Below, piece after piece: positions 1-9,914 of a stretch of 64,000 nucleotides of DNA. The notes under the pieces are model-generated. The model was not told where the DNA came from and ran no database searches. It was given only the letters and a program-made list of their open reading frames with translations. Numbering within the stretch: the stretch's first letter is position 1; each line of letters begins with the position of its first letter. Source of the stretch: an uncultured Candidatus Saccharibacteria bacterium. GTDB lineage: Bacteria; Patescibacteriota; Minisyncoccia; Phycocordibacterales; Zambryskibacteraceae. Location: contig CAZXQA010000001.1 in the NCBI GenBank assembly GCA_964642835.1, forward strand, positions 325,387 to 389,386. The letters run 5' to 3'. Both the position numbers and the translations under genes were made by a program.

Positions 1-355
1 ACCCGTATGTCACGGGCTTCGAGTATACACGCCCATGGACGAGCGTAACACTGTTGATGATCTCAAGATCCTCGATACTCCCATCGTTGTTATTGTAGCT
101 CCCGCTCAAAAACACGATCGGAAGCTTCTCGAAACCTGCGCGATCACGTAGCTCCTTGGCGAAATCGATACCAGTCTGACCGAGCCCGAGATCGATATCG
201 GAAAGGATAGCGTCAATCACGTCCTTGCCTTCAAGCACCTGGCGCGCTTGGTCAAAATTAAACGCCACAACCGCCACACCACCGGCACGGCGAATCACTC
301 CCGCCAATAACAAAGCGATCGGTGCTTCGTCTTCGATAATCAGAACTTTTCTCAT
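1..355 (-). CDS. Response regulator receiver (CheY-like) domain protein; 3' end lies outside the window
   Basis: Manual translation (not in ORF track): MRKVLIIEDEAPIA...AILSDIDLGLGQTGIDFAKEL...IVFLSGS...YSKP, with acidic pocket, phospho-Asp, Ser and KP motifs; GGAGG SD upstream. Confidence 0.85.
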   Translation of the reverse strand, partial: MRKVLIIEDEAPIALLLAGVIRRAGGVAVVAFNFDQARQVLEGKDVIDAILSDIDLGLGQTGIDFAKELRDRAGFEKLPIVFLSGSYNNNDGSIEDLEIINSVTLVHGRVYSKPVTYG

Positions 356-358
356 CAG

Positions 359-401
359 AACCTCCTTCCTTAATACTAGCACAATATATAGAAAAAGTCA
401 A
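359..401 (-). promoter_or_regulatory. Sigma70-type promoter with SD (TTGACT-17 nt-TAGTAT, extended -10, GGAGG)
   Basis: Minus strand TTGACTTTTTCTATATATTGTGCTAGTATTAAGGAAGGAGGTT; 36/43 identical to 25920-25962. Confidence 0.75.
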
Positions 402-546
402 GGTAACATAACCACCCTTAATTTTGTGGTCCTAAGTATACGTTATTCGAATACTTCACCCAACTACGCATTTCACCCTTACAAATGCGGAATCTTGAGA
501 AATGCTCAGAAGTTTTTAGTTGGAAATAAAAAAGAACCCCTTTGTT

Positions 547-1131
547 TTACTCGCGGGGTTCGTACGAGGACTGAGGCCATTGTCTTGCAGTCAGAAGAGC
601 GTTTGTGACGACATCTGCCATAGTTTCGTAGAACGGGAACGGTTTTCTGTATGCCTCGCCCAACTCGAAAAGAATGACATCGAGTCCATAGAAACCACGG
701 TCGCCGCCGACCACCATGCGGACATTCATCATTTCCGCGAAGGCGGTGAACTTTCCCATCTCACGGCGAGTGTCCATTGCATATGGTTCTGGTCCCGGAT
801 GAGGTTTGGTGGTGCTCTCGCGGCCGAGCCAGAAGATGATGCAGCCCGGCACACCTGGCTCAAGCCCAGCTTGCTTCAAGTAGTGCCGTTCCCACACAAG
901 TTGCCGGTTGTCCGCCTGCGAGAACGGCTTGTAGAAGTGACGCGCCAAACGGTGCGTAGCATCCCAACGTGACGGACAGGCGATATTCGCTGACGGCTCC
1001 TGAGCGAGAATCTGATCCGCCATCTCCGACTGCCAGTCACCGCCACCACGAATGGGGCCAGCGAGAAACAGTAGAGGCGAATCAATCGTTGGTTGAAGCG
1101 TTACGATTTGTTTTGGAACATAGATAGGCAT
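547..1131 (-). CDS. Nucleoside 2-deoxyribosyltransferase-like protein
   Basis: LFLAGPIRGGGDWQ...PSRW...WE...IIFWL pattern; AAGGAG SD before MPIYVPKQ; terminator hairpin 534-561 with U-tract. Confidence 0.65.
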   Translation of the reverse strand: MPIYVPKQIVTLQPTIDSPLLFLAGPIRGGGDWQSEMADQILAQEPSANIACPSRWDATHRLARHFYKPFSQADNRQLVWERHYLKQAGLEPGVPGCIIFWLGRESTTKPHPGPEPYAMDTRREMGKFTAFAEMMNVRMVVGGDRGFYGLDVILFELGEAYRKPFPFYETMADVVTNALLTARQWPQSSYEPRE

Positions 1132-1219
1132 TTGGTCTCCTTTTGTTTGTTGTGAAAAGATCAGTTTTGAAAACCACAAAACACACAATACTACATATTG
1201 TGTGTTTTGTCTATAGCTG

Positions 1220-1290
1220 TGGACTTAAACGGAATCGAACCGTCGTCTCGGCAATGCGAATGCCGCGTTCTACCACTGAACTATAAGCCC
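1220..1290 (-). tRNA. tRNA-Ala(CGC)
   Basis: GGGCTTA acceptor stem with G3:U70, anticodon arm CGGCA-TTCGCAT-TGCCG, TTCGATT T-loop; CCA not encoded. Confidence 0.93.
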
Positions 1291-1333
1291 GAATGAAAAT
1301 ATTCTAACGAGTAATCTCTGGATTCACCAGAGA

Positions 1334-1567
1334 TTACCCCCAACGCCAGCGAGGCTTCTCTCCCTTTTTATAACAAATTAGGATAAGTCCCGTAACAAGA
1401 ATAACGATCCGCACGAAGAAAAGAGGAGAGGGAGTCTCCCCTTCTTCGATCGTGAGCGCGTTCCCGAGAGCGAGAACAATGAAGGCAAGCACCGTCACCC
1501 ACCCCTGCCAGGTAACCGGGTACCAACCCCATCCATATCGTTTTGCTTTGAACCAGAGATGTGACAT
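1334..1567 (-). CDS. Small two-TM membrane protein
   Basis: MSHLWFKAKRYGWGWYPVTWQGW...KGEKPRWRWG; the longer ORF start runs into a tRNA, so Met at 1567 was chosen. Confidence 0.8.
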   Translation of the reverse strand: MSHLWFKAKRYGWGWYPVTWQGWVTVLAFIVLALGNALTIEEGETPSPLFFVRIVILVTGLILICYKKGEKPRWRWG

Positions 1568-1570
1568 ATG

Positions 1571-1641
1571 TGGACCTACGGAGAGTCGAACTCCGACCTC
1601 GTCCATGCCATGGACGCATTCTACCGCTAAACTATAGGCCC
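1571..1641 (-). tRNA. tRNA-Ala(GGC)
   Basis: GGGCCTA...TAGGTCCA, G3:U70, anticodon arm CGTCC-ATGGCAT-GGACG. Confidence 0.95.
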
Positions 1642-1724
1642 TTCGCTGGCTATTTTGATTGATTTTTCATACTTTGTCGAGTAGTATGGTCAGTGTTTCA
1701 AAAACTTGATCCCATCAAGTTTTT

Positions 1725-1797
1725 GGGCCCTTAGCTTAGTTGGTAGAGCGCCTCATTTGCAATGAGGAGGTCACCGGTTCGACTCCGGTAGGGTCCA
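1725..1797 (+). tRNA. tRNA-Ala(TGC)
   Basis: GGGCCCT...AGGGTCCA, anticodon arm CCTCA-TTTGCAA-TGAGG, TTCGACT T-loop. Confidence 0.95.
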
Positions 1798-1814
1798 CCC
1801 TGTTGAATTTCAAT

Positions 1815-1965
1815 CGTTCCTCACGTAGACTCAGGTGAGTCATCTGTTCTCTAGTTACCCGGAGAAGAGGCGCGCGTGAGGGTTCTTCTCCGGGGGCACC
1901 GTTGGAGAACGCGGGACATCCCCGCGCTACCAACGGCTGCCGGTCCTCGGCACTCTCACGCATCG
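1815..1965 (+). ncRNA. Candidate structured, pseudoknotted RNA downstream of tRNA-Ala(TGC)
   Basis: Stems 1858-1868/1884-1894 and 1895-1905/1930-1941; loop 1874-1883 complementary to 1952-1961; no credible ORF. Confidence 0.4.
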
Positions 1966-1968
1966 ACG

Positions 1969-2004
1969 AGTCCAGAGCGCGCATGCGCGCTCTGGACTAT
2001 TTTT
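1969..2004 (+). terminator. Intrinsic terminator (perfect 30-bp palindrome with T-tract)
   Basis: AGTCCAGAGCGCGCA|TGCGCGCTCTGGACT followed by ATTTTT. Confidence 0.75.
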
Positions 2005-2018
2005 ATATAACGACCCCT

Positions 2019-2942
2019 TTACTTCTTAAGACCAAGAGCCAGATCGAGAGAGTGCCTGACAAAGTCTTCTGGCTGCCAACCAGAAGCTTCGAGCGAGCGG
2101 TGCATGAGAGAATCGGCGTGGAATACCGGATTCGAATTCGTTTCTAAAATATAGGTCTTCCCGCGCGGCGTCACGATGCAGTCCGAGCTTGAGTAGTGTC
2201 GGAGTCCAAGCGCTTCGTGTGCCGCGCGGGCCAGACGCTCAACTTCCCTATTCTCCTCTGGGCGTGGGCGCGTGCGCCGGTAATGCGTCTCAAGATGAGT
2301 CGGAAGGAAGGCGTAGAGATCTTCTCCCTTCGCCTTCTCGAGCACAGTCGTTGTCACGACGGTGCCGGTCACGTATTCCTCGACGATCACCTTCGGCGCG
2401 TGGACGAAGCAGTGTTTGAGAGCTTCCTTCAATTCCTGGTAACTATGGGCAAGAGCAATCCCCACGCCACGCACCCCAGTGGCCGGCTTCACAATGACAG
2501 GAGCCAGGTGCGTGCGGAAAATCGCGATAAGATCGTCATCGGTGAAAGAGTCGCGGTGAAGCACGGACGAGGTTGGGGTTGGCAAACCGTGAAGTCGATA
2601 GAGCTTCTTCGCCATTTCTTTGTTGTGCGCGAAGGCGGAACCCACAACGTCCGAGCCAGTGTATGGAATCTTCATCCCTTCGAAGAGCTTCTGCACTTCC
2701 CCACTCTCACCATATTCTCCGTGGAGCGCATTCCACACGACATCCGCGCGACCAAGAATCGCGTGCGCCTCGTCGACGAGCCCAGTTCGGTGCCAGTCAC
2801 CACTCTTTGAGACGAAGACATCCGTGGTCTCGTATTCCTCCGGCATCGCGTTAAGAAGCGAGAGCACGTAGCTCCCCGTCTTCAAAGAATCTTCATACGC
2901 GTCGGGTCCACCACGCACGACGGCGACTCTCGTTCGTAACAT
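2019..2942 (-). CDS. ddl: D-alanine--D-alanine ligase family (ATP-grasp)
   Basis: VAVVRGG...SLKTG, NALHGEYGE, IPYTGS, VIVKP, LETNSNP motifs. Confidence 0.88.
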   Translation of the reverse strand: MLRTRVAVVRGGPDAYEDSLKTGSYVLSLLNAMPEEYETTDVFVSKSGDWHRTGLVDEAHAILGRADVVWNALHGEYGESGEVQKLFEGMKIPYTGSDVVGSAFAHNKEMAKKLYRLHGLPTPTSSVLHRDSFTDDDLIAIFRTHLAPVIVKPATGVRGVGIALAHSYQELKEALKHCFVHAPKVIVEEYVTGTVVTTTVLEKAKGEDLYAFLPTHLETHYRRTRPRPEENREVERLARAAHEALGLRHYSSSDCIVTPRGKTYILETNSNPVFHADSLMHRSLEASGWQPEDFVRHSLDLALGLKK

Positions 2943-2968
2943 AGAGATAAGTATACACCGCCCGTGCC

Positions 2969-4216
2969 CTAGAGTCGGAAGCCTGACTGGCGGAGTTTGC
3001 GATGATATCCGATGGCGAAGCGGTGAGCCTCGGCATTGGCGAGGAGAATCGCCTTTTCGTGGGATTTTTCTTTCAAATTAAGTACGGCCTTCGCTTTGTG
3101 ACGAGCATCCTTAAGAACCGAGACGACTTCGATGGGTAGATTGAGAGTGGCAATAAGTTCCACTGCCGCATTCAGCTGGGCCGGACCACCGTCGACCGCA
3201 ATGAGCGCGGGCATCGGCCACTCGGGGTGGTTGAAGCGGCGCGTGAGGACCTCCTTCAAGTTCTTCACGTCATCGTTTTTATCCGCTTTGATTTTAAACT
3301 TCCGATACTGACTCTTATTCGTCTCTCCGTCTTCCACCACCGTCATGACGCCGACGACGTTCTGCCCCGAGAGATGCGCGATGTCGTAGGCTTCAATGCG
3401 AAAACCAGTTTCCAGATGTGAACTTGCCGTTTGTAGATCCTGTTTGATAAGCGCCACGTCCTGGATGTGATCAAGCGCGAAGAGTTGGCGCTTCACCACT
3501 TCCGCCTTCTCGAACTCGCGCGCCTTGGCAAAGGACTTCATCTCTCGCTCCAAATCCTTGAGCAACGTTTCCTTCTTGCCTTCAAAGAAGAGCGCGATGT
3601 GACGAATGATCTTCCGGTACGCCTGCGGGGTGATCCAGCCACCGCACGGCCCTGGGCAGAGGCCGATCTGAGCATTGAAGCAGGGCTTCAACTTCGGCGT
3701 CAATTTGCACTTCTCATCTCTGTACGGGAAGATCCTTCGGATAATCTTTAGAGCCTCACGCAGTTCCCCGCCATGCGGGAAGGGCCCGAACATATGCAAA
3801 GGATTATCCTTTGCAGCACCTGTGGACAGAGGATTATCCTTTGCAATCAATTCCCGACCGCGGCGGAGGATAATCCTCGGGAATTCTTCATCTGTGATGA
3901 CAACGTAGTTGTAGCTCTTGTCGTCCTTGTCGCGCGAGTTCGCGACGGGCTGGTGCGTCTTGATTTCGTTCGCTTCAAGGATAAGTGCTTCGAGTACGGA
4001 GTCTGTCGCCTTGTACTCGACCTTGACCGCCTCTTCAAGCATCTTCACAATCTTCGGACCTCGCGAGACAAAAATGTCTTTGGAGAAATAGCTCTTCACG
4101 CGCTCCTTGAGCGAGGTGGCCTTGCCCACGTACAAAATCTCCCTTTTGGCATTAAGGAAGTAATAGACTCCCGGCGAGTCGGGTAAATTAAATTGAGCTA
4201 AGTCTTGACTTTTCAC
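2969..4216 (-). CDS. uvrC: Excinuclease ABC subunit C (short form without C-terminal HhH)
   Basis: GIY-YIG domain PGVYYF...YVGKATSLKERVKSYF, Cys cluster, UVR domain, RNase H-like IEAYDIAH...DGG. Confidence 0.93.
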   Translation of the reverse strand: MKSQDLAQFNLPDSPGVYYFLNAKREILYVGKATSLKERVKSYFSKDIFVSRGPKIVKMLEEAVKVEYKATDSVLEALILEANEIKTHQPVANSRDKDDKSYNYVVITDEEFPRIILRRGRELIAKDNPLSTGAAKDNPLHMFGPFPHGGELREALKIIRRIFPYRDEKCKLTPKLKPCFNAQIGLCPGPCGGWITPQAYRKIIRHIALFFEGKKETLLKDLEREMKSFAKAREFEKAEVVKRQLFALDHIQDVALIKQDLQTASSHLETGFRIEAYDIAHLSGQNVVGVMTVVEDGETNKSQYRKFKIKADKNDDVKNLKEVLTRRFNHPEWPMPALIAVDGGPAQLNAAVELIATLNLPIEVVSVLKDARHKAKAVLNLKEKSHEKAILLANAEAHRFAIGYHRKLRQSGFRL

Positions 4217-4268
4217 AGATTTATTATATCATACTTGGAGATCACTGTCTTTACTCTGGAGGAACCTC

Positions 4269-4514
4269 ATGCCAATTACTCCGGGAACACGAACGGCTCG
4301 CGTCAGCTACCGCTGGCGTTGCAATGGAAAGATCTTCACCCCTCCTCAAACCAGCAAGTACATACTAGCTGTGACGTACAACCTTGCTGACCTCAAACGC
4401 TTAGGCCTAAGCGAGGATGAGCACATCAGCGCGCTCGTAACCGGCGGGTTGATTGTGAACAAGATTCGTCCCGAACCGTTCAAGATTACGTGGACAAAAG
4501 AATCTGTCCACTGA
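4269..4514 (+). CDS. Orphan hypothetical protein (cassette)
   Basis: TTGACT at 4205, GGAGG SD, 81-aa ORF, GC hairpin 4525-4550 with T-tract. Confidence 0.7.
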   Translation: MPITPGTRTARVSYRWRCNGKIFTPPQTSKYILAVTYNLADLKRLGLSEDEHISALVTGGLIVNKIRPEPFKITWTKESVH

Positions 4515-4558
4515 CCCAACCTTGCGCCGCGACACACCAGTGTCGCGGCGGCTTTTTA

Positions 4559-7165
4559 TTATTTAGTTTTCTTCAACGCCTTCCTCAGGTACTTCGCGGT
4601 ATGCGTATCAGTGCCTGCCACTTCTTCCGGCGTGCCGTGCGCGACCAAGTCGCCTCCCCCATCGCCACCTTCTGGGCCGATATCGATAATGTAGTCGGCG
4701 CTCTTCACGAGGTCCATGTTGTGTTCGATCACAAGCACGGTGTTACCCTTGTCGACGAGCTTCTGAAGAATCTCAATGAGCTTCCTCACGTCTTCGTAAT
4801 GGAGACCGATCGTCGGCTCGTCCAAGATATAGAACGTCTTCTCGACATGCGGGCGGTAAAGCTCGCTCGCCACCTTCACGCGCTGGGCCTCTCCGCCCGA
4901 GAGCGTTGTTGCCGACTGTCCGAGAGCGAGGTACCCCAAGCCCACATCGTTCATCGTCTTCAAACGGTCATAAATCGCCGGAATATCTTCGAAGAAATTG
5001 AGAGCTTCCTCGATCGTCATCTTGAGCACTTGGTGAATATTCTTATTTTTATATTTGACCTCCAGGGTCTCTTTCATAAAGCGCTTACCCAAGCAGACAT
5101 CGCAAGGTACGTAGACAGTCGGAAGGAAGTGCATTTCCACTTCGATCATGCCGTTGCCTTGGCAAGTTTCGCAACGGCCGCCCTTCACATTGAAGGAGAA
5201 GCGGTTCGCTTTCCAGCCGCGAGCACGAGCTTCGGAGGATTCGGCGAAGAGTTCACGGACAAAGGTCCACGCTCCGGTATATGTCGCTGGATTCGAACGT
5301 GGTGTGCGCCCAATCGCCCCCTGATCGATGAGTACCGAGCGACCCAAGTATTCCGAACCGGTAAAGCTCTGGGCATTGTACGTATTGGCATTTCTAAACT
5401 TACGGTCCAGACGCGCTTGCAAATTCTTGTGCAAGATTTCGTAGACAAAGGAAGATTTACCAGAACCTGAGACACCTGTCACGACGATCAGACGATGAAG
5501 CGGGATATCGACATTGAGATTCTTAATATTGAAGATGTGTCCTCCGCGGATCTTGATCTCGCCCTTCTCGGATTCGCGGCGCTCTTCTGGCACAGGCACA
5601 GTCGTCTCACCACGCAGATACGAGAGTGTTAAGGAGCCCGACGTATTCTTCGGCGCAGTCAGGAGGTCTTCGAGATAATCCGCGACGACGACTTCCCCGC
5701 CGTGCACACCAGCCCCGGGACCGATATCGATAAGATAGTCAGAAGCATAAATAGTGTCTTCATCGTGCTCGACGACGAGGATGGTATTGCCTAAGTCGCG
5801 CAGATTAATAAGTGTCTTAATGAGGCGATCGTTATCGCGCGAGTGGAGACCGATAGTCGGCTCATCGAGCACGTAGAGTGCTCCTACAAGTCCTGAGCCA
5901 AGCTGGGAAGCTAGGCGGATACGCTGCGCCTCGCCGCCAGAGAGCGTGTGAGCGCGACGGCTGAGTGAGAGATACTCGATACCAACGTTTAACATAAACA
6001 AGAGACGGGCGGCTATCTCCTTGGTCACGACATTTGAGATCCCTTTTTCTCGTACAGTTAACTTTAACTTTTTGAAAAAATCGTCAGCTTCTTTGATCGA
6101 GAGTGCAGTAAGATCGACGATATTCTTGCCGCCAATGAGGACGGCGAGCGCTTCTGGGCGAAGTCTCTTGCCGCCGCAGGCTTCACACGGCTCGGAACCG
6201 AAGAGAAACTTCGTACCCAGACCGTTACAAGTCGGACAAGCGCCATAGGGCGAGTTGAAAGAGAAGAGACGGGGTTCAATCTCCGGGAAGGAGAAGCCGT
6301 CTTTCGGACAGGCCCACTTCGCCGACATCATAAACTCTTCAGACTCCTTCTTCGGATCGGCCATGTCGCGGAAGCGCAATACCAAGAGACCGTCAGATTC
6401 CTGAACGGACTTCTCAATCGCCTCGGCAAGACGCTCGTGAGCTGATTTCTCATCAGCCTTAACCTCATCGAGGCTGATCGCATCGACAAGCACTGAGATT
6501 TCGTGCTTCTTCGTCTTCGTAAGATTGATGCGTTCACGAAGCGAGTGTCGTGCACCATCGACGAGCACATCGGTATACCCTTTACCCAAGAGATCGTAGA
6601 GCAACTGGTAATACTCACCCTTCCGGCCACGGACGATCGGACTCCAGATTTCGGCATAAGCAGGGAGATCAATCTTCTTGCCCTTCACACGGGTCGGTTC
6701 GTATTCACTGATCTTTTCCAAGACGAAGTTCTTGATCTCTTCGTTCGAGAGCTTTTTAATCTCCGTCCCGCAGATAAGACAGTGTGGACGACCGATACGG
6801 GCATAGAGAATGCGGAGGTAGTCGTAAATCTCGGTAATCGTCGCCACCGTCGAGCGCGGGTTGTTGGAGCGTGACTTCTGATCGATAGAAATAGCCGGTG
6901 AAAGTCCGATGATCTCGTCGACATCAGGCTTCTGCATCTGCTTTAAGAATTGACGAGCATATGAAGAAAGTGACTCGACGTAGCGACGCTGCCCTTCGGC
7001 AAAGATGGTGTCGAAGGCGAGCGAGGACTTGCCCGAACCCGAGAGGCCAGTGAAGACCACCATCTTCCCGCGCGGCATTTCTACACTGATATTCTTCAGG
7101 TTGTGCGTGCGGGCACCTTTGACGATGATTTTATCCCCGGTGATTTGTTTCTTATCTTTGGACAT
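4559..7165 (-). CDS. uvrA: Excinuclease ABC subunit A
   Basis: Two ABC ATPase domains ([26 protein letters not shown] twice) and zinc fingers. Confidence 0.98.
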   Translation of the reverse strand: MSKDKKQITGDKIIVKGARTHNLKNISVEMPRGKMVVFTGLSGSGKSSLAFDTIFAEGQRRYVESLSSYARQFLKQMQKPDVDEIIGLSPAISIDQKSRSNNPRSTVATITEIYDYLRILYARIGRPHCLICGTEIKKLSNEEIKNFVLEKISEYEPTRVKGKKIDLPAYAEIWSPIVRGRKGEYYQLLYDLLGKGYTDVLVDGARHSLRERINLTKTKKHEISVLVDAISLDEVKADEKSAHERLAEAIEKSVQESDGLLVLRFRDMADPKKESEEFMMSAKWACPKDGFSFPEIEPRLFSFNSPYGACPTCNGLGTKFLFGSEPCEACGGKRLRPEALAVLIGGKNIVDLTALSIKEADDFFKKLKLTVREKGISNVVTKEIAARLLFMLNVGIEYLSLSRRAHTLSGGEAQRIRLASQLGSGLVGALYVLDEPTIGLHSRDNDRLIKTLINLRDLGNTILVVEHDEDTIYASDYLIDIGPGAGVHGGEVVVADYLEDLLTAPKNTSGSLTLSYLRGETTVPVPEERRESEKGEIKIRGGHIFNIKNLNVDIPLHRLIVVTGVSGSGKSSFVYEILHKNLQARLDRKFRNANTYNAQSFTGSEYLGRSVLIDQGAIGRTPRSNPATYTGAWTFVRELFAESSEARARGWKANRFSFNVKGGRCETCQGNGMIEVEMHFLPTVYVPCDVCLGKRFMKETLEVKYKNKNIHQVLKMTIEEALNFFEDIPAIYDRLKTMNDVGLGYLALGQSATTLSGGEAQRVKVASELYRPHVEKTFYILDEPTIGLHYEDVRKLIEILQKLVDKGNTVLVIEHNMDLVKSADYIIDIGPEGGDGGGDLVAHGTPEEVAGTDTHTAKYLRKALKKTK

Positions 7166-7285
7166 ACGTATTTGCCCCCTTATGTCTCCATAGGGGGTAT
7201 AACGAACAAACTATAGCATTTCAGACAACTTTTTTCTATCCAATAAGAAAGGGCCGCGCGAAGCGCGGCCCTAGCCCAGGAAAGT

Positions 7286-7717
7286 TCATGTTGTAGACAC
7301 AGAATCCTTGGATGAAGGCAACTCTGGTTGGGAAATTTGTGGTTCCTCTTCCCCCGGCAAAAGCCCTTCAAAACAACAAAACCCAAGGAAAAGTGCCATC
7401 ATACCGAGCCACCACAAGATGGAATCAGGAAAAAGAACGGGGTAATTAAACACGTCCCGCAAATCCTCATTGGTTGTGCGGCCGAAATACTCGAACCCAG
7501 GTCTCATGAACCAAACCGCCACCAAGACAATAGCGAGCATAAATGCCCGAAATGGCTGATCGATCCGGCGGCCGCTTTCACTCATGCTTCCAATCAATAC
7601 TCCGATGCCGCCACCTACCGAAATGACGAAAAAAGGACCCAACCAATACGGTAAGAGTGCGAGCGCCATCACCACTGCACCAATAACGAAAAGGGTTACG
7701 AGTAGACGTTTAATCAC
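7286..7717 (-). CDS. Orphan multi-pass membrane protein (cassette)
   Basis: About four hydrophobic segments; TTGACG...TATTGT promoter, GGAGG SD, GTG start, terminator 7251-7271. Confidence 0.7.
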   Translation of the reverse strand: MIKRLLVTLFVIGAVVMALALLPYWLGPFFVISVGGGIGVLIGSMSESGRRIDQPFRAFMLAIVLVAVWFMRPGFEYFGRTTNEDLRDVFNYPVLFPDSILWWLGMMALFLGFCCFEGLLPGEEEPQISQPELPSSKDSVSTT

Positions 7718-7780
7718 TGAGACCTCCAGATGAGAACTGAGCCTCTTGAGACAATACTCCCCCGTACAAAAAGCGTCAAA

Positions 7781-9844
7781 CTACATCAACAAATCTTTGT
7801 TTCGCGGATTCTTCACCTTCTTTTCCTGCTTTGGCGCATTCATCTTGGTGAGGGCGAGGATTTCATCGCGCAGAATTGCAGCAGTTTCGAAATCAAGATT
7901 CTTGACCGCCTCTTCCATTTCCTTCGTCTTCGCCTTAATCATTTTCTGAGGAGCTTTCTTGAAAAGTTTCTCGTCAGTTTCGAGAAGAAGATTTACTGCC
8001 TGATGATGCTCGCGCTGAAGAGTATCCGTAATATCCTTGATCTTCTTGATAATCGTCTTCGGCGTAATGCCGTGCTTTTTATTATATTCGGACTGTAATT
8101 TTCTCCTGCGAGCCGTCTCATCGATCGCATACTTCATCGAACCTGTGACGGAATCAGCATAAAGAATGACGCGACCGTCGACGTTACGCGCCGCACGGCC
8201 GATGATCTGGACAAGCGAAGTCTCAGAGCGGAGGAAGCCTTCCTTATCAGCATCGAGAATACCGATAAGTGTTACTTCAGGCAGGTCAATACCTTCGCGA
8301 AGCAGATTGACGCCGACGATAACATCGAACTCCCCTCTACGGAGGCTTGTCAGAATCTCAATACGCTGGATCGTCTTGATGTCGCTGTGCAAATATTCCG
8401 CCTTAATCTTCTTCTCCTTGAGATATTCGGAGAGGTCTTCGGCCATCTTCTTGGTAAGAGTTGTTGCAATCACGCGACCCCCCTTCTTGATCGCCTTCTC
8501 CGCTTCCGCGATGAAGTCTATGATCTGGCCCTTGTACGCACCCTTCTCTTGGATCGGGCGCACTTCCACCACGGGATCGATAAGTCCGGTCGGGCGAATG
8601 ATCTGTTCGACGACTTTCTGACTGTGTTCCTTCTCGTACTTAGCGGGGGTCGCTGAGGTATAGATAGTCTGACCAATGCGCTTCTGAAACTCTTCAAACT
8701 TAAGCGGGCGGTTATCGCGCGCGGATGGCAGGCGGAAGCCGTGTTCTACCAACGTATCCTTGCGGCTCTTATCCCCGGCATACATACCGCCGATCTGCGG
8801 AATCGTGACGTGCGACTCGTCAATAATAGTGAGGAAATCAGGAGACCCGTCGGCTTTCTTGGGGAAATAATCGAGGAGCGTATACGGTGCCTCCCCTGGT
8901 TTCTTCCCGGTGAAATGTCTGGAATAGTTTTCAATGCCGTTCGTATACCCCACTTCGCGGATCATTGCGAGATCATATGATGTGCGACGCTTGATGCGCT
9001 CAGCTTCCAAGATCTTCCCCTCTGCGGCAAATTCTTTAAGCCGCTCATCGAGCTCGTGCTTGATACTCTTCAATGCTCGCTCCGCAGCATCATCGCCGGT
9101 GATAAAATGCTTCGCTGGGAAGAGGAAGAAGACGGGCACCTCCTCAACAATTGCACGTGAAATGGCGTCGATCTTTTTGATCACGGCGATCTTCCCTTCT
9201 TCGAGTTCGATGCGATATATCATGCGCTCGGAAATCGGGATGATTTCCACGACATTACCCAAGGCACGAAACTGACCCGGCTTCATGTCAGAATTGGTAC
9301 GCGAATAGTGTATGTCGATAAGATCGCGGATAAGATCGGCCCGGGAGCGACTCTCTCCTTTCGCAATTTTCATATTTACCTTCTCGTATTCTTCCGGATT
9401 CCCCAAGCCGTAGATACAAGATACCGATGCGACGATAATAACGTCTTTGCGAGTGAGAAGCGCCTGAGTGGACGCATGACGGAGACGTTCAATCTCTTCG
9501 TTGATCATCGCTTCCTTCTCAATATAGGTATCAGTTGTGGGGAGATAGGCTTCCGGCTGGTAGTAATCGTAGTAGGAGACGAAGTAGTGCACGGCATTGT
9601 CCGGGAAAAACTCGCGGTACTCCTGAGCAAGTTGAGCTGCCAAGGTCTTGTTGTGCGCAATAACCAAGGTCGGCTTGCCAATTTGCTCAATGACGTTTGC
9701 TCCGGTAAAGGTCTTGCCTGAACCCGTCACACCAAGAAGCGTCTGGTGCTGCATGCCAGCTTTGACACCCTCTACCAACTCCTTGATCGCCTGAGGCTGA
9801 TCGCCGGCCGGTTTGAACTCATTTCTGATCTTAAAGATTCCCAT
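7781..9844 (-). CDS. uvrB: Excinuclease ABC subunit B
   Basis: PAGDQPQAI, GVTGSGKT, YYDYYQPEAY, DESH, C-terminal UVR; start MGIFK follows a -10 TATAGT. Confidence 0.98.
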   Translation of the reverse strand: MGIFKIRNEFKPAGDQPQAIKELVEGVKAGMQHQTLLGVTGSGKTFTGANVIEQIGKPTLVIAHNKTLAAQLAQEYREFFPDNAVHYFVSYYDYYQPEAYLPTTDTYIEKEAMINEEIERLRHASTQALLTRKDVIIVASVSCIYGLGNPEEYEKVNMKIAKGESRSRADLIRDLIDIHYSRTNSDMKPGQFRALGNVVEIIPISERMIYRIELEEGKIAVIKKIDAISRAIVEEVPVFFLFPAKHFITGDDAAERALKSIKHELDERLKEFAAEGKILEAERIKRRTSYDLAMIREVGYTNGIENYSRHFTGKKPGEAPYTLLDYFPKKADGSPDFLTIIDESHVTIPQIGGMYAGDKSRKDTLVEHGFRLPSARDNRPLKFEEFQKRIGQTIYTSATPAKYEKEHSQKVVEQIIRPTGLIDPVVEVRPIQEKGAYKGQIIDFIAEAEKAIKKGGRVIATTLTKKMAEDLSEYLKEKKIKAEYLHSDIKTIQRIEILTSLRRGEFDVIVGVNLLREGIDLPEVTLIGILDADKEGFLRSETSLVQIIGRAARNVDGRVILYADSVTGSMKYAIDETARRRKLQSEYNKKHGITPKTIIKKIKDITDTLQREHHQAVNLLLETDEKLFKKAPQKMIKAKTKEMEEAVKNLDFETAAILRDEILALTKMNAPKQEKKVKNPRNKDLLM

Positions 9845-9914
9845 AGGATTCTCACTATACAATATTTCCCCCTTCTCCACATTTGACTTATGTCCGCGTT
9901 AGAAGAAAAATGGG

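Noticed and set aside
1798-1965. HDV-like/theta ribozyme after tRNA-Ala
   Set aside because: The position is suggestive, but I could not build the P1-P3/P1.1 topology or a cleavage site at the tRNA end; kept only as an unknown structured RNA.
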